Below are positions 53,470-63,834 of a DNA stretch of 64,000 bases, one piece after another (within the stretch, counting starts at the first letter, position 1; each line of letters starts with the position of its first letter). This DNA is from Candidatus Woesebacteria bacterium (GTDB lineage: Bacteria; Patescibacteriota; Microgenomatia; UBA8517), in contig CP058602.1 in NCBI GenBank assembly GCA_013426185.1, positions 463,123 to 527,122 on the forward strand. The letters are read 5' to 3'. The notes beneath the pieces are model-generated. The model was given only the letters and a program-made list of their open reading frames with translations. It did no database searches and was not told the origin of the DNA. The translations under genes were made by a program, and so were the position numbers.

Positions 53470-53913
53470 TTAGGCTTCTTTCTTAAGATTCTTCTTTTCC
53501 ACTTTTTTTACATCCTTTTTTTCCTCTTTTTCAGATTTTGCTTTCTTATCCTCAGCTTTAAACCAACCAATAATCTCAACTTGGGCCATTGGTGAATTAT
53601 CACCTTTTCTTGGAGGAATAGCCAAGAATCTTACAAATCCCGATTTTTTATCGATCTTTGAAGCAAGTTCAAAGATTCTATCAACGACCTTACGCTTGTT
53701 GGCAAGTTTTGACAAAATCCGCCTTCTTGCACTTAAATCTCCCTTTTTGGCAGTTGCAAAAAGTTTGTCTGCCACACGAACCACTTCTTTAGCTTTTGCT
53801 AAAGTTGTTGTAATCTTCCCCTCGTTAACCAAAGAGACCACCAAAGCTCTCAAAAGAGCCCTCCTTGATTTTGACGAGCGGGAGAATTTTCTGCCAGTAA
53901 TTCTCTTTCTCAT
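53470..53913 (-). CDS. rplQ: 50S ribosomal protein L17
   Basis: GKITTTLAKAKE...RKGDNSPMA. Confidence 0.95.
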   Translation of the reverse strand: MRKRITGRKFSRSSKSRRALLRALVVSLVNEGKITTTLAKAKEVVRVADKLFATAKKGDLSARRRILSKLANKRKVVDRIFELASKIDKKSGFVRFLAIPPRKGDNSPMAQVEIIGWFKAEDKKAKSEKEEKKDVKKVEKKNLKKEA

Positions 53914-53915
53914 TA

Positions 53916-54839
53916 CTATTCCTCCAAGAACTTAACACCTTTTTCAGCCAAAGCAAGTTTTACGATCTTGACTGACTTCTCACCAAGATTTCTTACTTTT
54001 GCTAAATCTTCCTTCTTTGCCTTTGCCAAACTCTCCACTGTCTCGTAACCTGCCTTAATTAAAGCATTTGCTACACGAGTTGGTAAACCTATCTCCTCAA
54101 CCGAAAGTTTGCCAATCGCTCCTAACGAATCAGATTTTTTCTCTTCAACCACTGCCTTTTCAGGTATGCGGGGAGAAATTATCTGATCATAGTGAGATCT
54201 TAGTATCTTGGCTGCTTCAATTAAAGCTTGTTTGGGTTCAATAGAACCATCAGTCCAGATTTCCAAAACTAATTTATCGTAGTTGGTTAATTTTCCAACA
54301 CGTGTTTCTTCAACTCTATAACTAACTCTTGTAACCGGTGAGAAAATAGCATCAAGCAAGATAAGACCAATCTTGCCACTACCTGAATCAACTAGTCTAT
54401 AACCATAGCCATATTCAACCGTCATCTCAGCTTCAAGCTTTGCGCCTTTATTAAGATAAGCTAGAACATGATCGGGATTGGTGACCTTCAAAATTCCGGA
54501 AACCTGGATATCACCAGCTTTAACTTCTCCTGGACCTTTAGCAAATAATTTTACTTTCTCAGTCTTCTTAAGGTCTCCACTAAGACTAAATCTAACTTTC
54601 TTCAAATTAAGCAAAAACTCAACCACATCTTCTTTCATACCTTGAAGAGTAGAAAACTGGTGCTTTACTCCTTTAATTTCAACTGAGGTAATTGCTACTC
54701 CTCCCAAACTCTCAAGCAAAACTCTCCTCAAAGAATTTCCTAAAGTGTAACCATAACCCTTCTCCAAAGGAGAAATGACAAAACGACCATAATTTTCTTT
54801 TTTTTCTTCTTCTTTTGTTTCAAATAATAGATTGTTCAT
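53916..54839 (-). CDS. rpoA: RNA polymerase alpha subunit
   Basis: PLEKGYGYTLGNSLRRVLL, DAIFSPV, NLGEKS; AGGAGGTGA SD before 54839. Confidence 0.97.
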   Translation of the reverse strand: MNNLLFETKEEEKKENYGRFVISPLEKGYGYTLGNSLRRVLLESLGGVAITSVEIKGVKHQFSTLQGMKEDVVEFLLNLKKVRFSLSGDLKKTEKVKLFAKGPGEVKAGDIQVSGILKVTNPDHVLAYLNKGAKLEAEMTVEYGYGYRLVDSGSGKIGLILLDAIFSPVTRVSYRVEETRVGKLTNYDKLVLEIWTDGSIEPKQALIEAAKILRSHYDQIISPRIPEKAVVEEKKSDSLGAIGKLSVEEIGLPTRVANALIKAGYETVESLAKAKKEDLAKVRNLGEKSVKIVKLALAEKGVKFLEE

Positions 54840-54855
54840 AAAATCACCTCCTTTA

Positions 54856-55455
54856 CTACTTAGAATAAAACTCAATTACATCTTGAGCCGAAACCGGCTC
54901 GTTGACATCTTCAAAAGACGGCTGACTGATTATTTTACCAGCTACCGCTTTTCTTTCAAGCCACTTGGGGATTTTAACATTTTTTTCGTCAATTGTCTTC
55001 TTGATATAAGGAATTGCTAAAGCTTTACTATCAAGAGTAATAACATCACCTTTTTTGACCTGATAAGAAGGGATATTGACCTTCTTACCATTAACCAAAA
55101 CATGACGATGAGAAACAAGTTGTCTTGCAGCCGCTCTTGTATTGGCAAAATTCAGGCGATAAATAACATTATCAAGCCTTGATTCAAGTAAAGAAAAAAG
55201 AGCATCAGCAGTATTACCCTTTGATTTCAAGGCCTTTTCAACATATCTTTTGAATTGACCTTCTCTAACACCATAGATTCTCTTAACTTTTTGCTTCTCC
55301 CTTAACTGGCGACCATAATAAGAAGGAGCGCGACTGACTTTTGAGCCATGAACTCCAGGCGGAACATTAAGACGAGTAAGTTTTGATCCTTTGCCAAAGA
55401 GATCAACTCCTTCGCGTCTTGACAATCTGTCTTTTGGTCCTGTATATCTTCCCAT
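54856..55455 (-). CDS. rpsD: 30S ribosomal protein S4
   Basis: QLREKQK, LESRLDNV, ARQLVSH. Confidence 0.97.
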   Translation of the reverse strand: MGRYTGPKDRLSRREGVDLFGKGSKLTRLNVPPGVHGSKVSRAPSYYGRQLREKQKVKRIYGVREGQFKRYVEKALKSKGNTADALFSLLESRLDNVIYRLNFANTRAAARQLVSHRHVLVNGKKVNIPSYQVKKGDVITLDSKALAIPYIKKTIDEKNVKIPKWLERKAVAGKIISQPSFEDVNEPVSAQDVIEFYSK

Positions 55456-55458
55456 ACT

Positions 55459-55827
55459 TTAAACTCTCCTTTTCTTTTTAGGCCTTGGGCCGTTGTGAGG
55501 CAGTGGCGTAATATCAGCTATCAAGGATATCCTTAAGCCAGAACTTCTAATAGCTCTTAAGGCAGCATCCCTGCCAACTCCTGGACCCTTAACATAAACC
55601 TCTAGTTCTTTTAAGTTATAATCTTCTTTGGCCTTATTTAAAACTCTCTCAACTGCGGTTGTTGCAGCATAAGGAGTAGCTTTTCTTGTACCCTTAAAAC
55701 CTGAAGAACCAGAAGAACCCCAAACCAAAGTCCTACCTTCCAAATCGGTAACTGTTACCAAAGTGTTATTAAAACTGGCTGAAATGTAAATTTTACCTTT
55801 ATCAATTTCTTTTCTTTTTGCCTGCAT
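55459..55827 (-). CDS. rpsK: 30S ribosomal protein S11
   Basis: SFNNT, GFKGTRKATPYAA, PHNGPRP. Confidence 0.96.
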   Translation of the reverse strand: MQAKRKEIDKGKIYISASFNNTLVTVTDLEGRTLVWGSSGSSGFKGTRKATPYAATTAVERVLNKAKEDYNLKELEVYVKGPGVGRDAALRAIRSSGLRISLIADITPLPHNGPRPKKKRRV

Positions 55828-55828
55828 T

Positions 55829-56233
55829 TTACTTTTCCTCCTTTGCTTTTTGCATCTTAGCCAAAGCCTCTTTCTTGAAGGCCCCAATTGTCTTTCTCTT
55901 GCCTCGCTTGGTGCGAGCATTCCTTCTTGTTCTCTGACCTCGCACGGGTAAAGACCTTGAATGCCTCATACCACGATAAGAACCTATTTGCTTAAGTCTT
56001 GAAATATCCGCTCTTACTTTTCTTACCAGATCACCCTCAACAGGATACTTTTCTACTTCAGCCACTATATTTTTTAATTCTTCCGGTTTAAGGTCTTTCA
56101 AGGCTATATTTTCCTTAATACCTAATTTGGAAAGAATCAATTTTGATGTCGGCCAGCCTATCCCGTTAATACGAGTTAAAGCAAAACCTATCTTCCAGTT
56201 GTCGTTTAATTCTACTCCTACTATTCTTGCCAT
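55829..56233 (-). CDS. rpsM: 30S ribosomal protein S13
   Basis: MARIVGV, YRGMRH..LPVRGQRT. Confidence 0.96.
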   Translation of the reverse strand: MARIVGVELNDNWKIGFALTRINGIGWPTSKLILSKLGIKENIALKDLKPEELKNIVAEVEKYPVEGDLVRKVRADISRLKQIGSYRGMRHSRSLPVRGQRTRRNARTKRGKRKTIGAFKKEALAKMQKAKEEK

Positions 56234-56240
56234 AATTCAT

Positions 56241-56354
56241 TTAACCCTGCCTTTGCTTGTGCCTCGGGTTTTTACAAATAACATAAAGAACTCCCTTTCT
56301 TTTGACTATCTTGCAATCTTTGCATCTTTTTTTGATTGACGATTGAACTTTCAT
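56241..56354 (-). CDS. rpmJ: 50S ribosomal protein L36 (not in ORF track)
   Basis: [37 protein letters not shown] read by eye. Confidence 0.95.
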   Translation of the reverse strand: MKVQSSIKKRCKDCKIVKRKGVLYVICKNPRHKQRQG

Positions 56355-56355
56355 A

Positions 56356-56565
56356 TCAATATTTATAAACTATCCTGCCTCGCTCCCTGTCATAAGGGCT
56401 AAACTCAACCTTAACCCTGTCGCCAGGAAAAATTTTTACATAACCTTTCCGCATCTTTCCCTTTAAAGTAGCAAGAACCAATCTGCCATCGGTTAATTCT
56501 ACACGAAACATAGTATTGGGCAAGGCTTCTTTGACTACTCCTTCAAATGTCTCAAGCTTTTCCAT
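56356..56565 (-). CDS. infA: Translation initiation factor IF-1
   Basis: [12 protein letters not shown]...[13 protein letters not shown]. Confidence 0.96.
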   Translation of the reverse strand: MEKLETFEGVVKEALPNTMFRVELTDGRLVLATLKGKMRKGYVKIFPGDRVKVEFSPYDRERGRIVYKY

Positions 56566-56590
56566 ACTAAAAATAAAACCGCGCAAGTTC

Positions 56591-57352
56591 CTAAGTTATA
56601 ACCAAAGGACCCTGCGGGGTAACTGCCACAGACTCTTCAAAAAGCGCTGATATTTTACCATCTGCAGTGGAAATTGTCCACCCGTCTTTTTCAAGCACCA
56701 ATTGCTCGCGACCCATAACATATATAACCTCTATCGCAAGAACCATTCCTACTTTAATCTCAGGTGTGTCTTCACGACGGGCGTAAACAAAACCAGGGAT
56801 CTGAGGCTCTTCATGGAGCTTCCGTCCAACACCATGACCAAAAAGAGAGCGGACAGGACGATAGCCAGCCTTGTTAAGAGTTTCCTCTATTGCTTTGGAA
56901 ATATCAAATATCCTTCTTCCTGCTCTTGCGTTATCAATTGCCAAACTAAGAGCTTTTCGCCCAGCCTCCAAGAACTTCTCTTTTAGAGGGTCTTTGCCTA
57001 TCACTAAACTAAAAGAAGTATCGGTATGAAATCCCTTATAGATCAATCCTAAATCAACACTAACTAAATCATTCTTCTTGAAAATGACATCTTTCTTGGG
57101 GATACCGTGCACTATTCCCTCATTAACGTTAATACAAGTAGCCCAAGAATAACCAGGCACAGTTTTAAAGGAAGGTGTACCACCTCTTTTTAATATCTGC
57201 TTTTCCGCTTCTTCTTCAATTTCCCAAGCGGAAACTCCTTCTCTGACACGAGAAGCTAAAATATGTTTAACTTCTGACAATCTCTTACCACCCTCTTGCA
57301 TTATCTCTATCTCTCGTTTTGATTTAATGGGAATACCTTCAAAGTTTTTCAT
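56591..57352 (-). CDS. map: Methionine aminopeptidase
   Basis: [23 protein letters not shown]. Confidence 0.95.
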   Translation of the reverse strand: MKNFEGIPIKSKREIEIMQEGGKRLSEVKHILASRVREGVSAWEIEEEAEKQILKRGGTPSFKTVPGYSWATCINVNEGIVHGIPKKDVIFKKNDLVSVDLGLIYKGFHTDTSFSLVIGKDPLKEKFLEAGRKALSLAIDNARAGRRIFDISKAIEETLNKAGYRPVRSLFGHGVGRKLHEEPQIPGFVYARREDTPEIKVGMVLAIEVIYVMGREQLVLEKDGWTISTADGKISALFEESVAVTPQGPLVIT

Positions 57353-57993
57353 TTTGGAAAAATTCCTATTTTCTCTAATATCTCAGCTGTCACACCCTCA
57401 ATTTTAGCCTCACCGTTAACTTTAATAAAAAAATCTTCATTCCTGATAAAATCAACAAGGGGCAAGACATTTTTCTTGTACTCCTCAAACCTTCTTCTTA
57501 TAACCTCTTCTTTGTCATCCGCTCTTTGGAAAAGAGGCACCTGACAAACATCACAAATGGTATCTTTCTTAGGAGGATTAGTAATAAGATTATAGACCGA
57601 GCCGCACTTAGGGCAGACACGCCGCGAAGACAGTCTTTTAATCGATTCTTCCTCATCAACCTCAAGAAAAATTACCCAATCAATCTTTTTACCCCGACTT
57701 GCCATCCAATTCTTAAGAGCTTCAAACTGACCCACAAATCGAGGGTAACCGTCAAAAAGAATATCTTTTTCCAAAGGAACATTCTTTTCAAGATAATCAA
57801 AAACCAATTTTGTCATTTCTTCTTCAGGAATAAGCCTGCCCGAGTTAACTATTTCCTTAATTGAAGGGTTAGTCTTAGCTAGTTGACGGGAAAAGCCTCC
57901 AGCCTCAAAATAAAAAAGGTCGAGCCTTTCAGAAAGTATCTTTGACTGTGTGCCCTTTCCAGAACCAGGCAAACCTAAAATAATAATATTCAT
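57349..57993 (-). CDS. adk: Adenylate kinase
   Basis: GLPGSGKGTQ, DGYPR, Zn lid CPKC/CDVC. Confidence 0.95.
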   Translation of the reverse strand: MNIIILGLPGSGKGTQSKILSERLDLFYFEAGGFSRQLAKTNPSIKEIVNSGRLIPEEEMTKLVFDYLEKNVPLEKDILFDGYPRFVGQFEALKNWMASRGKKIDWVIFLEVDEEESIKRLSSRRVCPKCGSVYNLITNPPKKDTICDVCQVPLFQRADDKEEVIRRRFEEYKKNVLPLVDFIRNEDFFIKVNGEAKIEGVTAEILEKIGIFPK

Positions 57994-57998
57994 AATAG

Positions 57999-59285
57999 TC
58001 AACTTCCTTCAAAAAAGCGGTCATATTTCTTCATCACAAGCTGTGATTCAAGCGACCTCATTACTTCAAGTACTACTGAGACTACGATCAGAACTCCCGT
58101 TCCACCTACTGCTAAATTGGAAACACCAAAAACACCTTGAACCAAAGAAGGCATAATAGCAACCAAACCCAAGAATATCGCACCCGCCAAGGTAATTTTG
58201 CCTAAAATATCGTTCAAGTAAGATACAGTTTGTGAGCCTGGTCTAATTCCTGGTATAAAACCTCCACTTTTTTGTAAATTTTCAGCAATCTTTTCAGGAT
58301 TAAAAATAACTGCAGTGTAAAAGAAGGTAAAACCAACAACCAAAGCAAAATAAACAAAATTGTACCAAAAGGAGCGAGGAGAAAAATCACTAATAAAGAA
58401 ATTGCCTAAAGCTTTTAGCCTAGGATCAGCTGCATTAACCAAAAACTGGCTTAACAAAGACGGCATCATCACCACCGAGACAGCAAAGATAATAGGAATA
58501 ACATTGGCTTGATTTAATCTTAAAGGCAAATAGGAAAAAGTTGTGCCTATCGCTCTTGATCTGCGCGAATAATTGATAGGAATCTTCCTTATAGCCTCAT
58601 TCATAAAGACAATCAGACCTATCACAAGAAGCAGGACAACAACAAAAGTAACTGTCTTTAGAAAATCCTGGACCTCAATGGTTGTCAGAGATTGACTCAC
58701 CACGACAGGAAGCCTGGCAATAATACCAGCAAAAATCAAGAAAGATACTCCGTTTGAAACACCGTACTCGGTAATTAAATCTCCAAGCCAAACTGCAAAG
58801 ACGCTGCCTGCTACCATAGTAATAATTAAAGCAGTAAGGTTTAGAGGATTAAGGCCTGTGATTACTCCCTGATTTTTAAGCAAAAGATACATTGCAAAAG
58901 CCTGAAATGATGCAAGAGGAAGTGTTAAATATCTCGTATAGCGATCAATTTGCTCTCGCCCATATTCACCTTCTTTACTTAATTCTTCCAATTTGGGAAT
59001 AACAACTTGCAAAAGCTGAACAATAATTGAGGCGCTGATATAAGGCCCAAGCCCCAAAGCCATAACAGAAAAGTTAACCAAGGTGCCTCCTGAGAAAACA
59101 TCCAAGAGAGAAAGAATAGGACTTGAAACAAATAAGTTCTTAAGAAGGGTAGTGTCTATTCCTGCAGCCGGAATATGAGCCGAAAGTCTAAAAAAGAAAA
59201 GAACTAAAGCTGTAATCAAGAGCTTTTTCCTGATATCAGGTTGCTTAAATGCGCTTGCAAAAAATTGGAATAAAGAGGAAAACAT
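57999..59285 (-). CDS. secY: Preprotein translocase SecY
   Basis: ALGLGPYISASI, GGFIPGIRPG, GGTGVLIVV. Confidence 0.97.
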   Translation of the reverse strand: MFSSLFQFFASAFKQPDIRKKLLITALVLFFFRLSAHIPAAGIDTTLLKNLFVSSPILSLLDVFSGGTLVNFSVMALGLGPYISASIIVQLLQVVIPKLEELSKEGEYGREQIDRYTRYLTLPLASFQAFAMYLLLKNQGVITGLNPLNLTALIITMVAGSVFAVWLGDLITEYGVSNGVSFLIFAGIIARLPVVVSQSLTTIEVQDFLKTVTFVVVLLLVIGLIVFMNEAIRKIPINYSRRSRAIGTTFSYLPLRLNQANVIPIIFAVSVVMMPSLLSQFLVNAADPRLKALGNFFISDFSPRSFWYNFVYFALVVGFTFFYTAVIFNPEKIAENLQKSGGFIPGIRPGSQTVSYLNDILGKITLAGAIFLGLVAIMPSLVQGVFGVSNLAVGGTGVLIVVSVVLEVMRSLESQLVMKKYDRFFEGS

Positions 59286-59312
59286 CTTTACTTAATTATT
59301 AAAATTTTACAA

Positions 59313-59744
59313 CTATTTCTTTGCCAATGCCTCAATCTGTTTTAAGACAGAGGCAGTAGTAGGCAGTTTAACAACTAGTTTCTTCTCTAACTTGCCTCCT
59401 CCAACAATCTTTATACCTCTTTTTTTAGCATCAGATTTCTTAACAATACCTTTTTCGATAAGTAATTTTTCATCTACAACTGAATTTTCAGGAAAAACAT
59501 TAAGGGAAGATACTTTGATAGCAATAGGCTTGATCAATGGTTTTAATTTTCCCTTACCTCTCAAAACTGGCAATCTCTTGATAAAAGACTTCTTTACTTT
59601 TACACCCTCAAAAATAATGCCTATTTTTCCACGAGTTTTCTGCCCCTTCTGACCACGGCTTGAGGTGTGACCACCTTTTCCGCTACCGTAGCCTCGACCC
59701 AATCTCTTTTTTCTTTTTTCAACTATTTTAACTTTTTTTAACAT
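59313..59744 (-). CDS. rplO: 50S ribosomal protein L15
   Basis: RLGRGYGSGKG..S.RGQKGQK. Confidence 0.94.
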   Translation of the reverse strand: MLKKVKIVEKRKKRLGRGYGSGKGGHTSSRGQKGQKTRGKIGIIFEGVKVKKSFIKRLPVLRGKGKLKPLIKPIAIKVSSLNVFPENSVVDEKLLIEKGIVKKSDAKKRGIKIVGGGKLEKKLVVKLPTTASVLKQIEALAKK

Positions 59745-59745
59745 A

Positions 59746-60237
59746 TTATTTACGTTTCTTAGCTTCAAGACTAGCCAGGGATTTCAAAGCTTCGATTGTT
59801 GCATAGACATTAGAGATTTTATTTTTTGTTCCCAAAATTTTACCCACAGCATCACGCACACCAACTGCATCTAAGACCACACGAATAGCACCACCTGCAA
59901 TGATACCAGATCCGGGAGGTGCAGGCTTCAAAAGAATTTTAGCTGCCGAAAACTTCTGCGAAATACTAAAAGGAATTGTCGTTCCTGAAAGAGGAACTTT
60001 GACCATCTTTCTTTTTGCTGACTCAAAAGCTTTCCTAATCGCGCTTCTTACATCAGCCGCTTTTGCCAAACCTACCCCCACTTTTCCTTTTTTGTCGCCC
60101 ACCACAACCAAAGCAGAAAACCTAATCTGATTGCCTCCTTTGGTTTTTTTGGAAATTCTTCTAATTTCAATCACCGTCTCGGACAAATCTTGAACTCCCT
60201 CAACTATCAATTCTTTCTTTAAGTCAGGGTCCACCAT
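59746..60237 (-). CDS. rpsE: 30S ribosomal protein S5
   Basis: KGG...FSALVVVGD, PAPPGSGIIAGG. Confidence 0.96.
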   Translation of the reverse strand: MVDPDLKKELIVEGVQDLSETVIEIRRISKKTKGGNQIRFSALVVVGDKKGKVGVGLAKAADVRSAIRKAFESAKRKMVKVPLSGTTIPFSISQKFSAAKILLKPAPPGSGIIAGGAIRVVLDAVGVRDAVGKILGTKNKISNVYATIEALKSLASLEAKKRK

Positions 60238-60554
60238 TAGAACTCTAAACCTCCTTTCCTTGCGCCTTCTGCTAAAGCCTTAATTCTGCCAAGATAGCGA
60301 TAATTATTTCTATCAAAAGAAACCTTCTTAATCTTTTTCTTAAGTGCCATGCAAGCTATTTCCTCACCCAAAGCGAAAGCAGCTTGGGTTTTAGTTCCTT
60401 TTGTCTTCAAAGATAAAGTAGAAATACCAACTAAAGTCTTACCAGACAAATCATCAATAATCTGAGCAAAGATATTCTTATTGGAACGACTAACCACCAA
60501 TCTTGGCCTTTCTTTGGTTCCTATAATTTTGTTTTTTCTGGTTTTTCTTCTCAT
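60237..60554 (-). CDS. rplR: 50S ribosomal protein L18
   Basis: [14 protein letters not shown]...[11 protein letters not shown]. Confidence 0.95.
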   Translation of the reverse strand: MRRKTRKNKIIGTKERPRLVVSRSNKNIFAQIIDDLSGKTLVGISTLSLKTKGTKTQAAFALGEEIACMALKKKIKKVSFDRNNYRYLGRIKALAEGARKGGLEF

Positions 60555-60558
60555 ATTA

Positions 60559-61101
60559 TTAAGCTTGAGCTTTGGCAGCCTTACCAGCTTTCCTTCTTAC
60601 AACCTCATCAACATACTTAATCCCTTTGCCCTTATAAGGTTCTGGTGGTCTAAAAGACCTAATTTTGGCTGCAATTTGCCCCACCTTTTCCTTATCTATT
60701 CCTTCAATTGTAATGATATTTTTCTCTACTTTAAACGAAATACCCTCAGGCGCTTCTACTTCAATTGGATGAGAATAACCAACATTAATAATTAATTTGC
60801 CACCTGATGCCTCAGCTCTATAACCTGTTCCCACAAGTTCCAATTGTTTTGACCATCCTTCAGAAACTCCCTTGACCATATTAAAAACAAGGGACCTAAA
60901 AGTACCATGCAACACTCGTGTCCTTTCATTTATAACCTCAGGCTCAACCAAAGCCTGCTTTCCGTCAACTCTTACCATTATTTTGTCAGGTAAAACAAGC
61001 TCTAAACTGCCTCTAGGACCCACAACTTTAATTTTCTTTCGTCCCATCTCAAACTGAACATTGTCAGGTAAATTTATTGGTTGTTTTCCTATCTTGCTCA
61101 T
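60559..61101 (-). CDS. rplF: 50S ribosomal protein L6
   Basis: [17 protein letters not shown]. Confidence 0.96.
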   Translation of the reverse strand: MSKIGKQPINLPDNVQFEMGRKKIKVVGPRGSLELVLPDKIMVRVDGKQALVEPEVINERTRVLHGTFRSLVFNMVKGVSEGWSKQLELVGTGYRAEASGGKLIINVGYSHPIEVEAPEGISFKVEKNIITIEGIDKEKVGQIAAKIRSFRPPEPYKGKGIKYVDEVVRRKAGKAAKAQA

Positions 61102-61105
61102 AATT

Positions 61106-61489
61106 TTATAAGACCTCAGCTATTACTTCCCCTCCCAAACCTTCTTTCAAAGCTTCTTTGGAAGATAAGATCCCCTTGGAAGTTGAAAGAAGTAATACGG
61201 CCGGAGAACGATATTCCTTAAGCTTCTTTAAATCCCAATAAACTCTAAGGCTTGGTTTTGAAACTAACTTTATATCACTTAAAATAGGAGCCTTTTTCTT
61301 GTAAGCTAAAGAAACAAAAAGCAAGCCATCTTTAGGCTCAACAGATGACAAAAACCCAAGCTTAAGCAAAGCTTCAGCTACCGCTTTGGTCATTTTACTT
61401 TCTTTTACCTCAACAGTTTTCTTGTTTGCCAAAGCAGCATTTTTAATTGTTATCAAAAAATCTCCAACTGTATAATTTGTTTGTCTCAT
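61106..61489 (-). CDS. rpsH: 30S ribosomal protein S8
   Basis: VSKPSLRVY, LSTSKGI, GLGGEV. Confidence 0.95.
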   Translation of the reverse strand: MRQTNYTVGDFLITIKNAALANKKTVEVKESKMTKAVAEALLKLGFLSSVEPKDGLLFVSLAYKKKAPILSDIKLVSKPSLRVYWDLKKLKEYRSPAVLLLSTSKGILSSKEALKEGLGGEVIAEVL

Positions 61490-61490
61490 A

Positions 61491-61676
61491 TTACCAACTT
61501 GCTTTCTTAACTCCAGGCAAATTGCCTTTCATAGCTTCTTCTCTAAAACAAAGGCGGCAGAGACCATATTTTCTCATATAACCTTGTTGTCTTCCACACA
61601 AACTACAACGGTTGCGATAACGCACCTTATACTTTAATTTTTTCTTTTCTCTAACCTCTTTTGCTTTCGTTGCCAT
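61491..61676 (-). CDS. rpsN: 30S ribosomal protein S14 (Zn-binding type Z)
   Basis: NRCSLCGR...LCRLCFRE...KASW. Confidence 0.96.
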   Translation of the reverse strand: MATKAKEVREKKKLKYKVRYRNRCSLCGRQQGYMRKYGLCRLCFREEAMKGNLPGVKKASW

Positions 61677-61679
61677 ATC

Positions 61680-62225
61680 TTAACCTTTCTTCTCAAAAGG
61701 CATACCCAAAAGCTCCAAAAACCTTTTGGAAATTTCTTTATCTTTGGTTGTTGTCACAATAGTTATTTCAAAACCAAAAGGCTTATTGACTTTTGTCACA
61801 TCAATCTCAGGAAAAATAGTAAAATCAGGCAATCCTAACGTATAATTGCCTTCTTTGTCAAAGGCATCAAGTGGAATACCTCTAAAATCGTTCAAGCGAG
61901 GCAAGACAATAGCAAATAGCCTCTCTAAGAAACTCCAAGCTCTTTCACCTCGAAGAGTGCATTTTAAGCCAACAGGAGCTCCCTTTCTTACCCCAAAAGC
62001 AGAAACAGAAATTCTAGCCTTCCTGATTGACGGCTTTTGACCTGTAATTATAGCCAAATCTTTTGCCCAAGATTCAATTAGGTCTTTGCTCTTAAGAGCT
62101 TCACCGGCACCAACATTTACAACCACTTTCTCAATAGTAGGCACAGCCAGAGGATTCTTAATCTTAAATTCCTCCATTAATTTGCCAACCACTTCCTTTT
62201 TATATTTATCTTCTAAAATTCCCAT
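61680..62225 (-). CDS. rplE: 50S ribosomal protein L5
   Basis: ITGQKP, GLKCTLRG, DFRG, GNYTLG. Confidence 0.96.
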   Translation of the reverse strand: MGILEDKYKKEVVGKLMEEFKIKNPLAVPTIEKVVVNVGAGEALKSKDLIESWAKDLAIITGQKPSIRKARISVSAFGVRKGAPVGLKCTLRGERAWSFLERLFAIVLPRLNDFRGIPLDAFDKEGNYTLGLPDFTIFPEIDVTKVNKPFGFEITIVTTTKDKEISKRFLELLGMPFEKKG

Positions 62226-62226
62226 A

Positions 62227-62538
62227 TTAATCTATTTGAATTTTACATTCTTTACAAAATCTATATTTTTTACCATCAACAATCTTAAAACCCACCCTTG
62301 TTTCCTTGTGACATTTTGGACAAATAAGCATCAATTTTGATAAATCAATAGGCCTTGGCACCTCATAGATACCAGCCTTTTGTTCTCCTCCGCCTTTGAC
62401 ATGACGCTTATAGACATTAATACCTGAAACAATAGCTTTTTTCTCTTTAGGCAAAATTTTCTCAATATCCCCCTCCCGGCCTTTATCTTTGCCAGCTATA
62501 ACTTTAACCTTGTCTTTCAATTTAAATTTAAGTGCCAT
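62227..62538 (-). CDS. rplX: 50S ribosomal protein L24
   Basis: DKVKVIAGKDKG KOW motif. Confidence 0.95.
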   Translation of the reverse strand: MALKFKLKDKVKVIAGKDKGREGDIEKILPKEKKAIVSGINVYKRHVKGGGEQKAGIYEVPRPIDLSKLMLICPKCHKETRVGFKIVDGKKYRFCKECKIQID

Positions 62539-62540
62539 AA

Positions 62541-62906
62541 TTAAACAACCTCACGGGCAAGCGAGGCAATTTTGGTATATCCCAAATCTTTTATCTCCTT
62601 TGCTATCGGGCCCAAAATCCTTGACCCTCTTGGCAATCCTTGTTTATCAATCACAACCCCAGCATTATCATCAAAGCGAACGCAGGTCCCATCTTTTCTC
62701 CTAATTTCTTTTTTTGTTCTAACAATCAAAACACGCACTTTCTCCTTGTCAGCTACAATACCATTAGGATCAGCACCTTTGACAACACAATTAACCACAT
62801 CCCCAACTGTAGCTTTATCGCCAATCTTAGATGACATTCCAATGACCATCAACTTTTTGGCGCCAGAATTATCGGCAGGATTAAGAACTGTTCTTAACTG
62901 TATCAT
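62541..62906 (-). CDS. rplN: 50S ribosomal protein L14
   Basis: ADNSGAK, FDDNA, GSRILGP. Confidence 0.97.
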   Translation of the reverse strand: MIQLRTVLNPADNSGAKKLMVIGMSSKIGDKATVGDVVNCVVKGADPNGIVADKEKVRVLIVRTKKEIRRKDGTCVRFDDNAGVVIDKQGLPRGSRILGPIAKEIKDLGYTKIASLAREVV

Positions 62907-63193
62907 TTTTTAGCCTCCTTCTTAACCTTTTTCTCCTTAAGATTATTCTTTTTTATTCCACTATCCTTACCCAAAATTTTAACTATCTTCCATTTTTTTA
63001 GATGGCTATAAGGGCGAGAAGGAACAAACCAGACAGTATCACCCACCTGTGTTTCCATCTCATCGTGAACATGATATTTTTTAATCCTCTTGAATTTTTT
63101 GCCATAGACAGGATGCGTTACTACACGCTCTACCGCTACTGTCGCTGTCTTTAACATCTTTTTGGCTATAACTTTTCCAGTAAAAGTTTTCAT
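62903..63193 (-). CDS. rpsQ: 30S ribosomal protein S17
   Basis: HPVYGK...KYHVHD...RPYS. Confidence 0.95.
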   Translation of the reverse strand: MKTFTGKVIAKKMLKTATVAVERVVTHPVYGKKFKRIKKYHVHDEMETQVGDTVWFVPSRPYSHLKKWKIVKILGKDSGIKKNNLKEKKVKKEAKK

Positions 63194-63195
63194 AT

Positions 63196-63420
63196 CTATT
63201 TCTTATTTTCAGACAATTTTTCAAATATCTCTTTTTCTCTAATTAAAGTCAAGAGCTGGGCTATATCTTTCTTTAAATTTTTCAAAAGACTCGTATTTTT
63301 GATTTTACCAGCCTTGAGTTTAGCATAAGAAAGAGTTAACTCTTCTTTTTTGCTCTTAACTAAACTGACTAGCTCAGGCAAGGTCTTTTTGCGAATAAGC
63401 TTTAAATCATTCTTTTTCAT
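63196..63420 (-). CDS. rpmC: 50S ribosomal protein L29
   Basis: KKDIAQLLTLIRE; position between rplP and rpsQ. Confidence 0.9.
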   Translation of the reverse strand: MKKNDLKLIRKKTLPELVSLVKSKKEELTLSYAKLKAGKIKNTSLLKNLKKDIAQLLTLIREKEIFEKLSENKK

Positions 63421-63422
63421 AA

Positions 63423-63833
63423 TTACTCCTCCTTTTTGATCATTTTTGTCTTAAACGGCATTTTTGCCGATACTTTTTCAAAAGCATTTCTTACTACTTC
63501 CTCAGGCATTCCTGCGACCTCATAAAGTATTCTTCCCGGCTTGACCACAGCCACATAATGACTTATATCACCTTTTCCTCCTCCCATTCTCTGACCCGCA
63601 GCTCTTGAGGTTACAGGCTTATCTGGAAAAACCCTAATCCAGACCTTACCACCTCTTTTGATGCTATGAGTAATTACTCTTCTGCCTGCCTTAATTTGGT
63701 TACTCGTCAACCAAGCTCTCCCCAATGCCTTAAGCGCATATTCGCCAAAAGCAATTTCAGAAGCTTGGGTTGAAACCCCCTTCCTTCTGCCTCTAAAGTC
63801 TTTTCTGTATTTTCTTCTTTTTGGTTGTAACAT
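63423..63833 (-). CDS. rplP: 50S ribosomal protein L16
   Basis: MLQPKR, KVWIRVFPDKP, RMGGGKG. Confidence 0.97.
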   Translation of the reverse strand: MLQPKRRKYRKDFRGRRKGVSTQASEIAFGEYALKALGRAWLTSNQIKAGRRVITHSIKRGGKVWIRVFPDKPVTSRAAGQRMGGGKGDISHYVAVVKPGRILYEVAGMPEEVVRNAFEKVSAKMPFKTKMIKKEE

Positions 63834-63834
63834 T

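Noticed and set aside
196-62913. Numerous short antisense and alternative-frame ORFs in the track
   Set aside because: They are shadows of well-supported genes, with no SD or recognisable motifs
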